From the NCBI GenBank assembly GCA_965113315.1, contig OZ220368.1: a DNA stretch of 64,000 nt. The stretch is one strand, 5' to 3'. This document shows positions 34,562 to 49,445 of this stretch, one piece after another. The stretch is from Podarcis vaucheri. Taxonomy: Eukaryota. Each line of letters begins with the position of its first letter. Positions within the stretch are counted from its first letter, which is position 1. Both the position numbers and the translations under genes were made by a program. Under the pieces are notes generated by a model that was not told the DNA's origin, made no database searches, and saw nothing but the letters and a program-made list of their open reading frames with translations.

Positions 34562-37500
34562 TGCACCACATTGGACAATGTCACACCAGCCTTTAGGCAG
34601 TCAAAATTCTAATCCCACAGTAACACCTGTTGGGATTGGTACTGCTATTGGAACTTGACAAGGCAAGTTTATGGGTGGCCCATGTATAAAAGCTCTGGAT
34701 GAAGCAGCCATGGTGTAGTTAAAATATAAATCCCCTTGCTTTGTTTATATTCAGTCATCTGCATATGTTCTATATATAGTAGGTTTGTTCTTGGTTTGTT
34801 TCTGGCTTACTGCTCATGGCTTGTTTGAAACAAACAATTTATGGTCTGAGTTCACATGACATAATAAGCCATACTGTGACTTATTTGTGCCTCGGTGGCT
34901 AGGCGCCCATTAGTCAAAACTGTAGTAAACATGAAGATTGTATTTTCCTTGCTTTTCACTCAGAGGTTATCCCTCCTGCCCCACCCCCAAAAAACTGTAG
35001 CATTGTCCTTATTATGCAATCTAGCTGTAGTATGGTGATTAGAGAATTGGACTTTAAACTGGGTGTTTTGAGAAGAAAATTAGAAGGTAACAATGTGTGC
35101 TACCTTTAGCTTCTTGGGGGAAAGACAGGGTGTAAAGGTAAATAGTGGTAATAGCTGAAATTATAAACTTAAATTCATGGGTAGAGAATGAATGTCTGCC
35201 ACTGTTTTTGGTTATTAGGAACAGGTAACAGCTGCTATTTGAGTTTACCAAAATCAGCATACTAGAAACAGTTCTGAGTTAGTTATGGGAGGGGTAATAT
35301 GTACCACATCCCAACACAGGTCCATCCCTTTACATCTTTCTTTAGGTACATTAAGCCATTACATTTTTGTTTCTTTACTTTTTGCCTCTTCCCCTTTCTG
35401 CTACTGAACTTCCCATAAAAGTGTGGCGTGCAACAATGATTCAATGAGACTTTGTCAGAAGCAAATCTGTTCTCCTCATGTAGTGCCCTAGGCTCCTCTG
35501 GCTTCATTTTTTAATTGGAGGAATGAGGTAAAAATTGAGGGCATTAAAGTACGGGATGTTTGCAAATAATTTGAAGTTCTGACATTAATTTGACTAAATG
35601 CAATTTACTGTCAAGTCTGATTAGCCTGCAGTGATCGTTACCAGGCTCACTTGTTCATGGTATTTCTCCCTTTCTTACATTCAGCAGTCGAATTTAGAGC
35701 CATAGAAACACTGGATACAATAGCATAAATGCCTGCCCCATCTTGTCTAAATTAAATGTGCAGAGTCTGTGTAGAGAGTAATAACCTAAGACTATTTGCC
35801 TTCTACCAGAGATAGAGCACATGGTTTCTATAGGGAGATCTCGATTAATTTGTGTACAATCCATTCCTTTATATCCAAAATCAGGGCAAAACTACACAAT
35901 TTTCACTGAATAAAATTGTTTTCTCCCTTAAGCCATTTGCCCTGATAAGATAAGCATGGGTGTGTTTCACAAAGGGGAAACCAGCAGCTTTGGTGGTGGA
36001 GAAATACTGCTGCTTACAGAAATTTAATAAAAAGTTTACTAAGTGGCTTGTGCATTTTCATTGTCCCATATATTTTGACCTCAAGATTAGAAATTTCCCT
36101 GTCTTCTTTTGTAAGACCCCAGCATATTAACAAAAAACCTGTCAGATAGAAGCGAAATCATATAATGTATGTTACCAAGTTAGCCTGAAGCCCTAGACTT
36201 TTCCTATATTAGCAATGATATGTTTCACAGAAGTAATCTGCTTTTCAACCCGCACTGATCCTGTTTTGAATTAAATTTACACTACTGACTCTTAACCTTC
36301 CTGCATTTCTTAGGCCTCATGGCTGTGTCTGCCTTCTCATAATATATATATGCGAATCAAAATCTGCTGAGAAACAATGTGTTGGAATAGACTATTTGTG
36401 GGATTTTTCTCACTGAACAGCTGCCACTGGTCCAATCCCATACTACACCATTAGCTGCTTTTTAAACTCAAGTATGTTTCAAAAAACAGTTTGAAACGAG
36501 GGTACAATAATTCTAACTAACTAACTATTGGTCATGCCCAAGTCCTAAGGCATGCATACAGATCATGGCCAATGCATTTTTTAAATACTTGAATTCTTTG
36601 AATTAATCAATAATTGGCTGTCTCTTAGTGCAGACCCAGGTCATTGAGCCTGAGCTTGCACAGCCACCGCCTGTCATGCACTGCCGTTGGCAGGATTGGC
36701 AGCAAAAGCAGCTTGTTCTAGGCTTGTGATATCTTACTCTCTTGCTACTTAGCTGCTTTAAATGTGCATTTTGTTTGACTTCCTTTAGTAATGTTTTCTT
36801 TTGAAATGTTTAAGATAATATTTTTTGTTTGCTGCATGAGATGTGCATTCTGTAGTTTACCTCCTTTGAAATGTTTTCTTTTGAAATGTTTAAGATAATA
36901 TTTTTGTTTCCTGTTACTCTGTGTTGTTTTATTTGACATTTTAATGTAGGTTGTAAACTGCTTTGAGGGTTTTTTCTTTAAAATGCAAAGCAGTATAGAA
37001 ATGAAATGAATAATAACAATAACAATAATAATTGCAGAGGTAACTTGCATACAAGAGAATGTTATGTTTTAGCTGCATTCTGAAAAAGTGGAATGCTATT
37101 GTGGACATGTCTCTGCATGCTGGTTTTATACATTCCTTACACTTCCTTTCCATCTGCTATAGAAATAAGAAATACTCCTCTTCTGAAACATAACACGCTA
37201 TATTTAAGGCACAACCATATGTAATCTCAGGGGAAATAGTTTTGCCCTCATAGTAGATTATTTCCCATATGAGAAGCATATGTATGTTCATAGTTCCCTG
37301 TTCCAAGATACCCCAAGGCCAATAACAAATGCTTTCTTTCTCATGTCCTTCCTACTAAAATGTAGCTTGAAAGTTCTGGAGACTCACACTTGGAAGGAAT
37401 AATTTGTGTTGAAGGGTTATCAATTGACCACTCGTTATTTAAAAAAACAACAGCACTTGGAGGCATGACTAAAATTCACAAACCCACAATAAATCTGAAT

Positions 37501-40458
37501 CAGTATGGTTGTTTCATTTTTGCTCAATATATTTTGTAACATTGGCAGTGCTACAATGGTGATCAACTAAGGATTGTCATATGTCACTGCTGTAAATGAA
37601 GGGTAAAAAAATTAGCTGTCACTTTACAAGCATTTGTTTGCCCCAAAGCTTCTGATGAATCAAATATAAACTTTCAACTGTCAGCTTTGGTTCACTTCAC
37701 ACTTTTCAAGCATACAATATCTCAGGATGCTAGCAACTAGGGTTCATATTAGTTAAACTGCAGTTAGGAGGGGATGCAAGAAGGACATCCTGGGCATGAA
37801 AGTTTTACTTCTCATGCTTATGGGAAATGACTTGTACTCCAATTCTGTTCTTAGTTTTGTTTTACTTGACTCACTACGATGCTGTCCGCTGATGCCTTGT
37901 GACTATAGGGAATATACTTGACCCTACCCTATCCACTTCCTCTTCTGTCCTCTCCAACCCCCTATGCACCCTCAAAATCAGCTCTGTAGGTTTGAGGGAC
38001 CCTCCAGAGCAGATTTTTTGGGCACATGGGGGAGGAGAGGAAATGGAAGTCTCAGTACAAACCAGAAGGAATGATGGGAGATTTCCACCATTGTAGTGGC
38101 ATAGGGAGATGATAAAATCAGTTTTGTATGAATGGAATTAGAAAGGTTTCAATATCCACTTAGGAGAAAAGGAGTGACAGATGACGTGCCTAATACTTTG
38201 AACATACAGATAGGGATATACACTGCAAACTGTAGTTCCAGTAGTCTCCTATTGCTATCGTTTCTTAAGACACTTTTGAAATTTACAAGAACTGAATTAT
38301 TTAATACTAAGAAGTCATGCTTCTTGAAAGATAAATACTATTTTATTGGAGGAGGAGTCTCTCTGTGGGACACAGGTGTACAGCCTGGATTGCATGGGAA
38401 AAGCTTGGCATTATTGTTATTAAAATTTATATACCGCCCTTTACCACAAGATCTCAGGGCAGGTCACATTTCCAAGTTTCTGCTTTGATTTGGTTGTAGA
38501 AAAATAGAGATGTTATGGTCTGAGCTGTACATCCAGCAACATTAGACACTGGATCAGTTCAAGGGGTATTAAGGCAGTCATAAAGCCGTACTTTTCACAA
38601 AAGGCAATTATGGCCAACTCTACTGATCTCCCTATTTGTATTGTGCAATGCAGGGGACTGTTGAGTATATTCTAGGGAATGTTTTGAGGACCATTAATCA
38701 TTTTCAGTAGATGTGGCCACTAATGCTCTAAGATACCGAGGTTCCATGGTAGACTTACAGGAATACAGAATAACCAATATGGGAGAGATTCCTCAAGAGT
38801 GGGATGCTAGAAAACCACAGATTATAAAGCACTGAGGCAAAATAAGTTAAGTATCATAATTTGAGGAGTCAAATGTATACTGAACAGCTGACATCTATGT
38901 TGGTTGATTGAACACTAATCCCATAATTCACACTGTAACGCACACTGCAGAAATATTTTCAGCATCAAATTTGCGCAAATCCCCAAACATTCCATGTACT
39001 GCATCACAATAAGAAAGATGAGTGGCTGTTGTTTTTAATTAGTATGTAACTTCCTTTCAAATGCACACACAAGTTTTTAGTAATTTATGCTGGTCTCTAT
39101 GTGGTGCTATTTTATAGCCATCATCTCTTAAGGTAGGCTGCAATTTGCTAATATGCAAAAGTCTGAATTTAAATTTAACTGAGCCAGCTAAGAAACAAAA
39201 ATGTTCTGGTTGAAGCTACATTGCCATTACAGCATAAGATGTTTGATTTTGTTTTAAGGTACATAGCTAGATTTCTTGAGCAGCAGATGTTTTGACAGAT
39301 TTCCACAGTTGTAATCTTGCTGTTTCAGTTTAGTATTGCTTAGCAGCATGGAGTTATTGGTTCAGCAGTGCCCTTGGCTTGAGGGTATGTTAGGCAGGAA
39401 AACTACTGAATAACAATGAAACATCTTCCTTTCGAAGGTTTTATTTTTAAAGTCGGGTGACTCCAGTAGTTCTCACCCCATACCTGATACAGCATTGTGG
39501 AAATATTCAGTGACCTTGTAAACACAGTTAGTCAGTGGTTTGGACTACGTACTCCCAAGAGGCAAGCATGGGCTTGGTTTCATTTTATAGAACACTCTGT
39601 ATTCCTGTTCACATCTATTTAATTCACTAATGAATGGGAAAACAAAAGTTTAAAAACACCACATTGATAAAGGGTGATATTCATCATAGTGCTAAGGAGA
39701 TCATTCCATCAGCACAAGTATTTTCACGTGTTTGATTGAATGATTCCTCTCCTCACCCTACGTTCAAATTCAAAGTAAATTTGGTGAGGACATAGGGGGA
39801 CATGGGAAGAGCAGAGGGGGCCACAGGTTTGTTGAATGTGGCACAAAGCATTTTTCTCATCTTCAGAAGTTTGTGATCATTCTTTTTTCTAATTCCATAA
39901 TGAAGGTTCCATTAGTAAAGCGTATGGCGAGAGATGTTCGGGACAGTTCATGTTAATGTTGTGGGTTTTAGACCCACTCACTGATCACCATGCACGCAGT
40001 AGTGTGTGATGTGGCTATACACGTGTACCGAGAATACCAGTCCCAACCTCACCTAAAAAAAGAGGTGAAAGCATTATGGAAACCAAGTATATCATGGACA
40101 CAATTGTACGCATATATGTCTACCCTCACTTGTTACTGTTTTTGTGTACTTGGTGACAGGTACACAGGCTACTTCCGGATTCCCCAATGTGTTAGTAGTC
40201 CTTGCTGCTGTTGTGATGCGATTAAGTTACTGCACAGTATTGCTCATTGTGTTGGAGTACCACTTTATTGCTTATACAACACATTAGCAGCATATTGATG
40301 TCATTTGGTTCTATTTCATTGAATTTGGTAACTTCCCCCCAAGCATAAGCTTCTCGATTGTTCTCTGTTCCATTTTGCTTTATTCTGATACAAATTTAGC
40401 TTCAGGGATAGCATGTTCAAGATCAATTTGACACAATGACCTCATTCAGAGATAATAC

Positions 40459-40702
40459 TAGGGTTGCCATATTTCAAACAGTGAAAATCCAGACAGAAAA
40501 GTTGTTGAGGTTTTCTGACAAATTCACAACAACCAAAAGTTTTGGAGCCATTTTTAAGGAAAATGGCCCAAAATGACACTGCTGACATGGGTTGCCATAT
40601 GTCGGGATTTTCCTGGACATTTTTGCAATTTCCACCCAGTCACTGCTTCCAACCACAGTATTCCGAATATGTAGGGAAAATTCCAGACATATGGCAACCC
40701 TA
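40459..40702. mobile_element. hAT (Blackjack-like) MITE
   Basis: TIRs tagggttgccatat...atatggcaacccta; similar along its length to 10017-10237. Confidence 0.8.
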
Positions 40703-42089
40703 ATAATGATAAACATGAACAATCTTGAGTCAGCCTCAGGATCATGCCCATCTATTTCCTGCTACCGTCTAGGTGCTAGGAGCTGATTAGAAGCTTTTGC
40801 TTCCAAATCTAACTAAGTGCATAACTGGTGGTTATGTCCCATCAACGATTGTGTTCTGCAACAATCCAACTTCAAACCTGTGTTTTTTTAAGATGGCTTG
40901 TTTTAACAACACATAGGTAATATTAACCACAGTTTAGAGTTTGGATTAGTGAAAATGGAAGTGAAAGTTTCTGATCTTCAGTTTGAGAAGGGGAAGGGGG
41001 AGTGTGGGGGAGGGGGGATGCTGGGAAAGGGGAGTGTGTTAACCCATGGCCCACCCAGAGTTGTTCACATAATGCTAAATCACAGTTTGGCATTGCATCC
41101 CAAAGAGGACAAAGTCTGTAAATTCTATGTCCATGAATGTGGTTTGAAATATTCTTGTATTGCTGAAATGAAACTAGGGCAGAACTTTAAAGCAGCCTTG
41201 CAAATAAGTTCACAAACATTATCCTATCATAAACTTTACTAGTTTGCTATAGGATGCAGAGAGTTGCACCCCTGCTTTAGCCTGTGGAAGAGTGAATTTT
41301 GGTTTCTACTGGATGCAGAAGAGGAATGAAGCACTCTGCCTGTCATACAGCAGCCCACTCACTCACCTGCATTCATTCCTTCTCACCTATTGCTACCAGA
41401 TGAATGCATAAATATAAGGCTGCTTTGAAGCAAGAAAACTGCATATTTAGTATAAAGGTTTTTTTAAAAAGTTCCTTAAGAGCACTAACATTTTGGCTAA
41501 ATCTCTAATTTTATGCACTGTGTGATAACTGTTGTAAGCAAATGACCTTGCATAGTAGGCATAGTAGTAGCAAATGACCTTGCATAGTATGTAGGCATAA
41601 TAACGGCCACTCATTTCTTTAGAAGGGGAGGGGCATACTATTTGTCCTGTCTTAGGACAGGGGGGAGTTGCCTGATGCCATCATAATATATCTTTAGGCA
41701 CCAAACAAAAGTATTCCTCTATAACCAAGCCTTTGGCCTGCCTTGGGCAAGATAAAGCAACTAGATTAGATTAGATCAGACAGACAGCATTCCTATAGCA
41801 GTTGTGAGTCTTTTAAGAAAAATCACAAAATAATTGTCCCTCGTTTTAACTAAGACTATATCTGAGACTGGGCCTTTAGAGCTTACCAGATACTGTTGTC
41901 ATCCCTTCAACATGCACACTGAGTTCTGAAGTAGTCTCCTGTCTTTGCCTTGGTGGAAAAGGACTTTCTGGTGCTGTTGTCATTTTTGGCGAGACTTTCT
42001 TTAGGAGTCATTCTACATCAAGTACCATCTCAAAAATTACCCTGTTCTCTACATTGATTGAGAGGACATTTCATTCAACAAGCTGTTGG

Positions 42090-42289
42090 CACTGGCGGAG
42101 AAAGAGGTGGGGCAGGGGGAGTGCACCGCCCCCAGACCACGATCCCGGTGGGGTGCCATCGTGGCTCCCCCCCCGCGCTGGGAGCCACACCCCAGCAGGC
42201 AGCACGCCATGCCCCACGGGCAGTGCACCACACCCCCGGGACGTGCACCAGCCATGCCCCCGGTGCCAGAGCATGAAGCTCTGCCACTG
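42090..42289. mobile_element. GC-rich non-autonomous DNA transposon (hAT-like)
   Basis: Termini cactggcggag...ctctgccactg; degenerate 8-bp TSD gctgttgg/actgtagg; a GC island within an AT-rich intron. Confidence 0.6.
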
Positions 42290-43350
42290 ACTGTAGGTGA
42301 ATCCTTCTGAAGATTGTGGAGAATGAGACTTGGAGGGGAAAACAGTTTGGAGATCAAAAATGGACAGTGTAATTTGTGACTGAGGTTCTAGTTAGTGACC
42401 ATTATCCCTTCTCAGCATTCCAAAGACAGGCAAACATTTTTATCTGTACATAGCAATACAAATAAAAGCAGAAGGTAGTCAAAAGAAAAAGAGCAAACAT
42501 ATCATAGGGAAATGATAATAAAAACAATAACCAAAATTGTACAGAATGACGCCTGGTATGCAAAATAACAGAAGTAGCAGCAGGAATGAGTAGATTGAGT
42601 AATAGTAATGTCTCTTCAAAGGTTTTTTTAAAACAACAGACACCCAGATAGAACAGCCCATAACACTTTGTACTACTTTGGTTCACATGATTGCATTAAG
42701 AGATTTCCCGCTAGGTTTTGTCTGTCTCCAATCCATCTTGTTATCAAAAGCTTGTAAAGAAGGACCACCTAGTGAACACTTCCCTCTGCTTTTAAATGTG
42801 CATCTCCTCTCAGAACCAATTAAGTAAAAATGCCTCTTGCCTCCCCTATGGATTTTCTACCTGTGTGTTCAGTTCTGCCTGCTTATCAGAGAAGCTAAAA
42901 TAGTCTTTGCCATTTAGTCCCGCAGAGCCATGTTGGGCTCTAAAAAGCAGAGTGGAATTCTCATAGGCAGCCTTAGGGAAGTGCCAGCTCTGTGCTTAGG
43001 TTGGAAGCGGGGGGCCTTTTTCAGCAAAGGAAGACGGACATTTCTCGGGGGGAGGGGGGCGGGATACAATTCAGCAGGGCCAAAGGTATAAGCCTGTAAT
43101 GATTTCCTGAATATTATGCTGTGCATGTTAAGTACTTTTAGAATGGGGATTCACAGGATACATGAATATGGGGATGGTTCAGGGAACGAGGAATCTCCAT
43201 ATGTTGTGCATATTTAAATACTGCTCGATGGTTCTTGGATCTATGATGAGAAAAATCCCCCCATCAAATTTTTGATTGTGAAAATTATTATTCTCTCCTA
43301 CTGTGCCCTGAACCTGAGTCCTTTCTGCACTGCAGCCTCTGCTCCTAAAA

Positions 43351-43576
43351 TAGTGGTACCTCGGGTTAAGAACTTAATTCGTTCTGGAGGTCTGTTCTTA
43401 ACCTGAAACTGTTCTTAACCTGAAGCACCACTTTAGCTAATGGGGCCTCCCACTGCAGCTGTGCCACCGCTGCACAATTTCTGTTCTCATTCTGAAGCAA
43501 AGTTCTTAACCCGAGGTACTATTTCTGGGTTAGCGGAGTCTGTAACCTGAAGCGTCTGTAACCCAAGGTACCACTG
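43351..43576. mobile_element. Tc1/mariner-pogo type MITE
   Basis: agtggtacctcgggtta ... taacccaaggtaccactg|TA. Confidence 0.8.
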
Positions 43577-43804
43577 TACTAGTGAAGTGCTAACATATGG
43601 AACTGAGACACTGCTGATCCCAGAGCAAGTGCCTATTCAAGTGGAGCTCTCAAAGCTGCTACTGCTAAAAGAGAGGTCACTTTCTGAGGTCTTAAGTAAA
43701 ACTAGTCTGGGCAGATCATAATGCTTAGACCTTGATTCTTGGCATTGATAATCTCAATGGGTGTCACACATTTTATGTTAAGGTTTGAGAGGTTTGCTGT
43801 ACAC

Positions 43805-43931
43805 CAGGATTGGGGAACATGGTACCCTCCAGATGTTGTTGTCCTTAGTCCCAACCGGCTTGGCTAATGGTAAGAGATGATGGGTACTGGAGTCATAGTA
43901 CACCAGGAGGGTCACATGTTCCCCACCCCTG
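43805..43931. mobile_element. Degenerate hAT MITE related to 16673-16808
   Basis: caggattggggaacatg...catgttccccacccctg; TSD ctgtacac/ctgtagag. Confidence 0.6.
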
Positions 43932-44271
43932 CTGTAGAGTAAAGCCTCTGAAGTATCTGCCTTATCCATGCAGACAGCAATGCACTTCTTTCAAAATATC
44001 CACCTGTTTTTCCCTGGTGCCAAAGGGTAATTCCCATTGCTGCTGCAAGCTGGTGGTGCAGAGGTGTGCTTCATTTTGCTTTAATGTGGAGAAGTCTTGC
44101 ACAGAGATCCAAGATGAGAAGCAGCAATGTCTGCAGTACTGATTACAAGAGCACAAGTTAACATTGTACAGTGTAAGGGAAACCGTAGGCCAAAACAGTA
44201 GTTTTAATGTAACAAGACCTGCATTACAAAGTCTCATTTAAAGCAGTATTATGAAAAATGATAACCTAAAT

Positions 44272-44457
44272 CAGGGGTTGTCAACCTGGTCCCTATCGCT
44301 CACTAGTGGGCGTTTCAGGATTCTAGGTGGGCGGTAGGGGGTTCTATGGCACAAGCTGAATCCTCCTTCCATTGAGCACTGGTGGGCAGTAAGAAAATTT
44401 TGCCATCAAGAAAGATGGATTAGTGGGCAGTAGGTATAAAAAGGTTGACTACCCCTG
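44272..44457. mobile_element. hAT MITE
   Basis: TIRs caggggttgtcaacct / aggttgactacccctg; perfect 8-bp TSD acctaaat. Confidence 0.88.
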
Positions 44458-45269
44458 ACCTAAATGTCTTAGCCTTCTGCTCTGTAACCTACCTATATAT
44501 GAGCATTCACCAAGCCTGGTAGTGGCACATACGTGTGGAATAAGCATGAGACTATATGGATCGACTGCACTGCACTGCCTTCCACATAAGCAGTTTTTGC
44601 TTAGCGTACAACATTGTCATCCCTATATAGTTGGTATAGTTTTTTTCGGTATTTTGAAAGCACCTTTCAGTAGAACACATTCTGATGCACCCCTTGTCTT
44701 GTGTGGAAACTGGAAGCACTTTCTTTGTGGACCTCCATTTGGGGTCTTATGACACCTATGTGGAGATTGACCTGAGAGGTATCTGAGTCATCTGGTGTTT
44801 CATACCACCTCAAAGACAATCAAATTGGGCTTTGAAAATATTTTTTCTCATGTGTATCAGTATGTTGATATTTCAGTCTTTAGAGAGTCACAGAAGTTTC
44901 ACTGCTGCTTTACTCTTTAAAAGGATGGGTGGAAACAGCTGCCATCAACTCTTTCTCTTCTGTACTCAAGCACAGTTGGAAAGGTACTGGCTTCCACCAT
45001 AGCATTTATTATTTTTAAAGTAATCCTTCCAGTTTATCAAAATCTCAAAGGTTGGATCAACATAATGTTGCAATCCCTATAAACTTTTTTCACCAAGATA
45101 TATATTTTCTGACTGCTTATGTTGGCAGTTCAACAAATTCAAGATGTGTCCATTTTTTGTGTTGCCCTTTAACAAAATATCACTATACTTTGCCCTTTAA
45201 AAAACCACAATGACTCAAATGAAATTAATTGTTGTAACGGGGAGCATATATATTGGAGGCCTGGGTTCG

Positions 45270-45300
45270 TTCTTTCTTTCTTTCTTTCTTTCTTTCTTTC
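45270..45300. repeat. (TTTC)n microsatellite
   Basis: Directly visible. Confidence 0.9.
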
Positions 45301-45675
45301 ATTAAACTGAGCAGACCATGTCTTGAGTGCCTTGCAATAAAACATACATTATAATTAGTAATTATAAGCTGTGTGCATGGCACCAGAACAGGCAGCCTCT
45401 GAGCATGGTCAAGAGTGCTTTGCCAAAAGAAAAGAGATATGTAGAGGTTGCCTGCATGGTACAAGGGGGTAAACATCCCTGGACATAAACAGAGGGTTGT
45501 ATCCAACACTCAGAGCTGGATACAACCCAGACTGCCTCACATCCTCTCCCTGAGAGAAGTAGTCAAGAAGTCACCTGCATTGTACAAGGGAAGGAAGCCC
45601 ATGGGCATGCACTGAGTGCAATAAAACTTACTCTGCTTGCGCAACCTGTGCTACCAGACTTCTGATACAACAAAT

Positions 45676-45775
45676 TTTAGTATTTATACCCGCCCATCTG
45701 GCTGGGTTGCCCCAGCCACTCTGGGCAGCTTCCAACACACATAAAAACATAATAAAATGTCAAACAATAATGTTT
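45676..45775 (-). mobile_element. L2-like 3' end fragment
   Basis: tatttatacccgcccatctggctgggttgccccagccactctgggcagcttccaac, consistent with the reverse complement of an L2 terminal stem-loop. Confidence 0.5.
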
Positions 45776-46724
45776 AGCATTAATAATAATAAATAAAGCA
45801 TCAAACATTAATAACTGGCAAGGTTTTTGTTAAGGAGTGTGGTGGCCATTGAAAGGGGAGGGAGCATAAATATACAACACCTTGCAAAAAATGAGAGAGA
45901 GAAATTAGTCATGGTGTTGTCTGTGTGATACACTAAGCAATATGATGAACCTGTGCAGCCTATGCCAGCAGACTTCCTCCATGAACAACTGCAAAGCAAT
46001 GTCTACAAAAGTGCTTTTAGAAAACCACAAACTGCAGCACTTGGATGGCTGAAGTATGTATACAGCCTGTGTAAACATGAACAAGTCACTGAAAAGGGCA
46101 CTATGTGCACCCATTGAAATGGATATTTCATTAAGTTCAGAAGGATTTATTTGCCTGTGAGATGTACTAAGTGAGTGTTGTATGAGTATAATTGGTGATA
46201 CTTCAGATCAAAACATGCAGGCAGCTTTTGTGTTTTAGAAAATGGCTGTAGCTGCTGTTCATCATGTTAATGTTTACCAACTCAAAATGGAGCAAACATT
46301 GAGCTTTTCATTGCAAATTAAGTTATTGTATTAAGATTACAAAATGCCCTTTATTTCATAGGATTGTTTTACGGCAAAAGAGCTAACCATGGAAATTAGT
46401 ACAGTACAATTTAGACAAAATACCAGTTGCCCTTTTACCAGAATATGTGACATCATTGCAGATTCAATGGCTAATGCAGCTCAATGAAAATACAGAAAAG
46501 GCATTGCAGAAATATTCTGGATACAGCCATGTAAAAATTCTCCATTAAACAATATCCACAGCAAACAAGGCAAGCAAAAGAAGACTCTTGTGCTGTGTTT
46601 ACTCTATGCTGTCATACAAAGTGCATGATGGCCTACATCAATGTGCAATTACTGCTGTCATTTCATGTGTGAAGAAAATGGCCTGGCCTTGCAGATTCAG
46701 CAGATGGCAAATTCACTCTCAAAT

Positions 46725-46727
<3 letters not shown>

Positions 46728-46766
<39 letters not shown>
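46728..46766. repeat. (CT)n microsatellite
   Basis: Directly visible. Confidence 0.95.
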
Positions 46767-46769
<3 letters not shown>

Positions 46770-48269
46770 GTTTATAGTAAGCAGCCTTTACAAGGGTTGG
46801 TTTTTCTAATAGTCTCCCCTTTATTGATAAAACTGAAGAGGGATATAATTAGGAATTAATGATCACCAGTTAATTCCTATTTTTTCCCCTCAGTGGTTGT
46901 TGTTTACATGTGTTGATAGCTGACACAAGATGGGTATTTCAAATTGCTATGCCATCATATGATAGTGGGGGTCTTTGTGTAAAAGGAATGGTTGTATGCC
47001 TGTGCTTAATATAGCAATAAGGCATCCTAGTGCTTTTATCTAGATCTTCTTTCACTGTATGTGTAAAAATTACTGTAGTACCCTAGGAATTGTCTTTTAC
47101 AAAAAGGGAGTTCATGTTGAATGTTACCTTTTAAAAAAAATGTATGTGGAAGAATTATACTGGATGCTCACCTTTTTGTGAAGATAAAAGGAAACTTGTT
47201 CCTTTCTCTATGCTTTTAGCTATTTATATGTACTTTAGCTCACCTTTTCAGCTCTCTGTTCATTCTCACGTTTTAGTTACGACAAGCACAATAGAGAAAA
47301 GAATCACATATAATAGTGTGGGAAACTGTGTCTAGTTTTGAATGTATATATAAGCACTATCTAGCACAATTGGACAGTAGTCTGGGTTAGCTAATCTTAT
47401 TTGCAAAAAATGAGCTACAAGGTAGCTTTGGTTTTATAATCGCTTCAGTAATAAAAGGGGTGTTCTGGGCTGGATCTGAGCAGTAAGAAAAACAAGATGT
47501 ATAGTAAAATGGCTGTTGAATATTGCCTTTGCTAAGCACTATGTACTCATTCATTCATTCTTCCACACTTCACATGTGGAGATAATGAGCTTTGTAAAGA
47601 GTGTAATGATGAAAGTCACTCCTCTAGAGAGGGCTGGGTTGCTTCCATCTCCATGGAGACGCATGATAGATTACAGTGAAACTGACCTTCCCTGGATTGT
47701 TGGCATGCTCTAAAATAAATTCAATTTTCTCTCTCTGGCCCTCAAGGGAATTCAGGCAAAGACGAGCTTTCCATGCATGCCAGTGCAGTGCACTAGCAAA
47801 GCTGACTACGAGGAAAGGGCAGGCAGCTGAAGCTGCGTCCAGGTATACTGGATTGTTAAACTATGATCAAAGGGATGACTGATGAAAGCGAGCATGTATG
47901 CAATGGGAAGGTCATGTAAATCAATCTACTGAAATTTATTGGACGGAATGAGATGCAGTGGAGCCAGCAGTGAAAGTAGGCTTTGGATAGCCTGCACCAA
48001 GCAGCTGGGAAGTATGCAGTGCACTTAACAAAAAGGCTCCTTTGGTGCAGAGGCAAGGAGGTGAAAGGGGGGAAGCCTACAGAGAGAAAAGAAGCAGGGA
48101 TGCAGTGAGATTGCAGAGCAGCAGAAGGTAGCAAGGGAGCCATTGCTGGAGGATCCATTGGTCTTTGCCTTAGACCTTGGGGGCCAGGGTCATTGAGAGT
48201 GGGAACAAATAAGAACTCGATGCTTATAAGTGTCCATGACTTCAGATTTCCCCCTTCTCCTATAAAGCT

Positions 48270-48705
48270 TGAAAAGTTTCAGAAAAGGGCAGTCAAAATG
48301 ATCAAGGGTTTGGAGCAGCTCTCCTGAGGCAAGGTTGCTTTTTAACTTGGAGAAAAGGCAAGCAGGGGAAATTATGGAGTTATATAAAATTATGCATGAT
48401 GTGGAGAAAAGTGGATAGGAAAAAGTTTTTCCTTCCTCTCTCATATTACTAGAACTTATGGTCCATTTAGTGAAGCTGAATGTTGGAAGAAAATACTACT
48501 TTACACACCACATGGATAAACTCGATAGTTGCTCCCACAAGATGTAGTGAAGGTCGCAAACTTGGATAGTTTTGAAGGATTAGAGAATTTCATGGAGAAT
48601 AGTCAAGACAGCTGTGTTCCGTCTCAACTGCTGTAGGCAGTATCCCTTAGAATACTAGTTTTAGGAAATCACAGATGAGAGTACTGATTGCACTCAGGTC
48701 CTGCT
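48270..48705 (+). mobile_element. Degenerate CR1 LINE fragment
   Basis: gttcagaaaagggcagtcaaaatgatcaagggtttggagc...tataaaattatgcatg, CR1 ORF2 C-terminal motifs. Confidence 0.65.
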
Positions 48706-49159
48706 GTGATGATAACCAGATTACTCCTGTTATTTTCATGGTTGCTTAGATTTCTAACTGTGTAATGTTTGCCCTGGTGATGCTATCTTTTGTTACACTG
48801 TGTTATGATAACCAAGCAGCAGCTAGTAAGGACCCATGATTTTTTATTCTAAGGGCTCTTGTGATGCTCTCAATTTTCATACCTGGGCCAAGACTGAAGC
48901 TGTGATCAAATATTGATTCTGTACAAAGGTAATGCCAAGAAAAGCTGTATTATGATCTGTTGTGCGAATTTATTTGCTTCCTTAATTCTGCTGTTACATA
49001 AGGAAAGCATGCATACCTTAAATCCTGTTCCTCGTGCTAGAAAGTAGGCTCCTTCCACCTTGGCTGCTGAGGTCCCATTGGGGTTTCTCCGCTACATCTG
49101 CAAAGCTATCCTCACTGCTTTAAGAACTAGAAACATTGTTTTTAAAATCAAAGCTCTGA

Positions 49160-49226
49160 TGGTGTTTCCTGCTTGGCAGGGGGTTGGACTCGATGACCCT
49201 TGTGGTCTATTCCAATTCTATGATTC
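49160..49226 (+). mobile_element. CR1 3' terminus
   Basis: cctgcttggcagggggttggactcgatgaccct...ttccaattctatgattc. Confidence 0.65.
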
Positions 49227-49445
49227 CCAGAGTGTTGAAGTCTGTGCCCAAATTCTGTATTTACATGGGAGTTTTTGCATGATGCAGAGTTGTGAAACAA
49301 CAAAGACAATTTTTATTATACAATCAAAGACCTGGTAAAAACAAAAATTATGAAACACAGTTTTTATTGAAATGCAAAGCTGCTGAGCTTCATTTTTGTG
49401 CTGTTGCTGAGCCTTATTTCACGTCTGCCTCTTGTCTTCCTACAG

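Noticed and set aside
36790-36906. Direct duplication of about 36 bp (similar small duplications near 30578-30622, 33546-33582 and 41538-41589)
   Set aside because: Ordinary slippage-type duplications; no CRISPR-like repeat-spacer structure, and the DNA is eukaryotic.
42049-42357. Six-frame-open GC-rich patch resembling a CpG island or small gene
   Set aside because: Bounded by TIR-like ends and a degenerate 8-bp TSD; stop-poor because of GC content.
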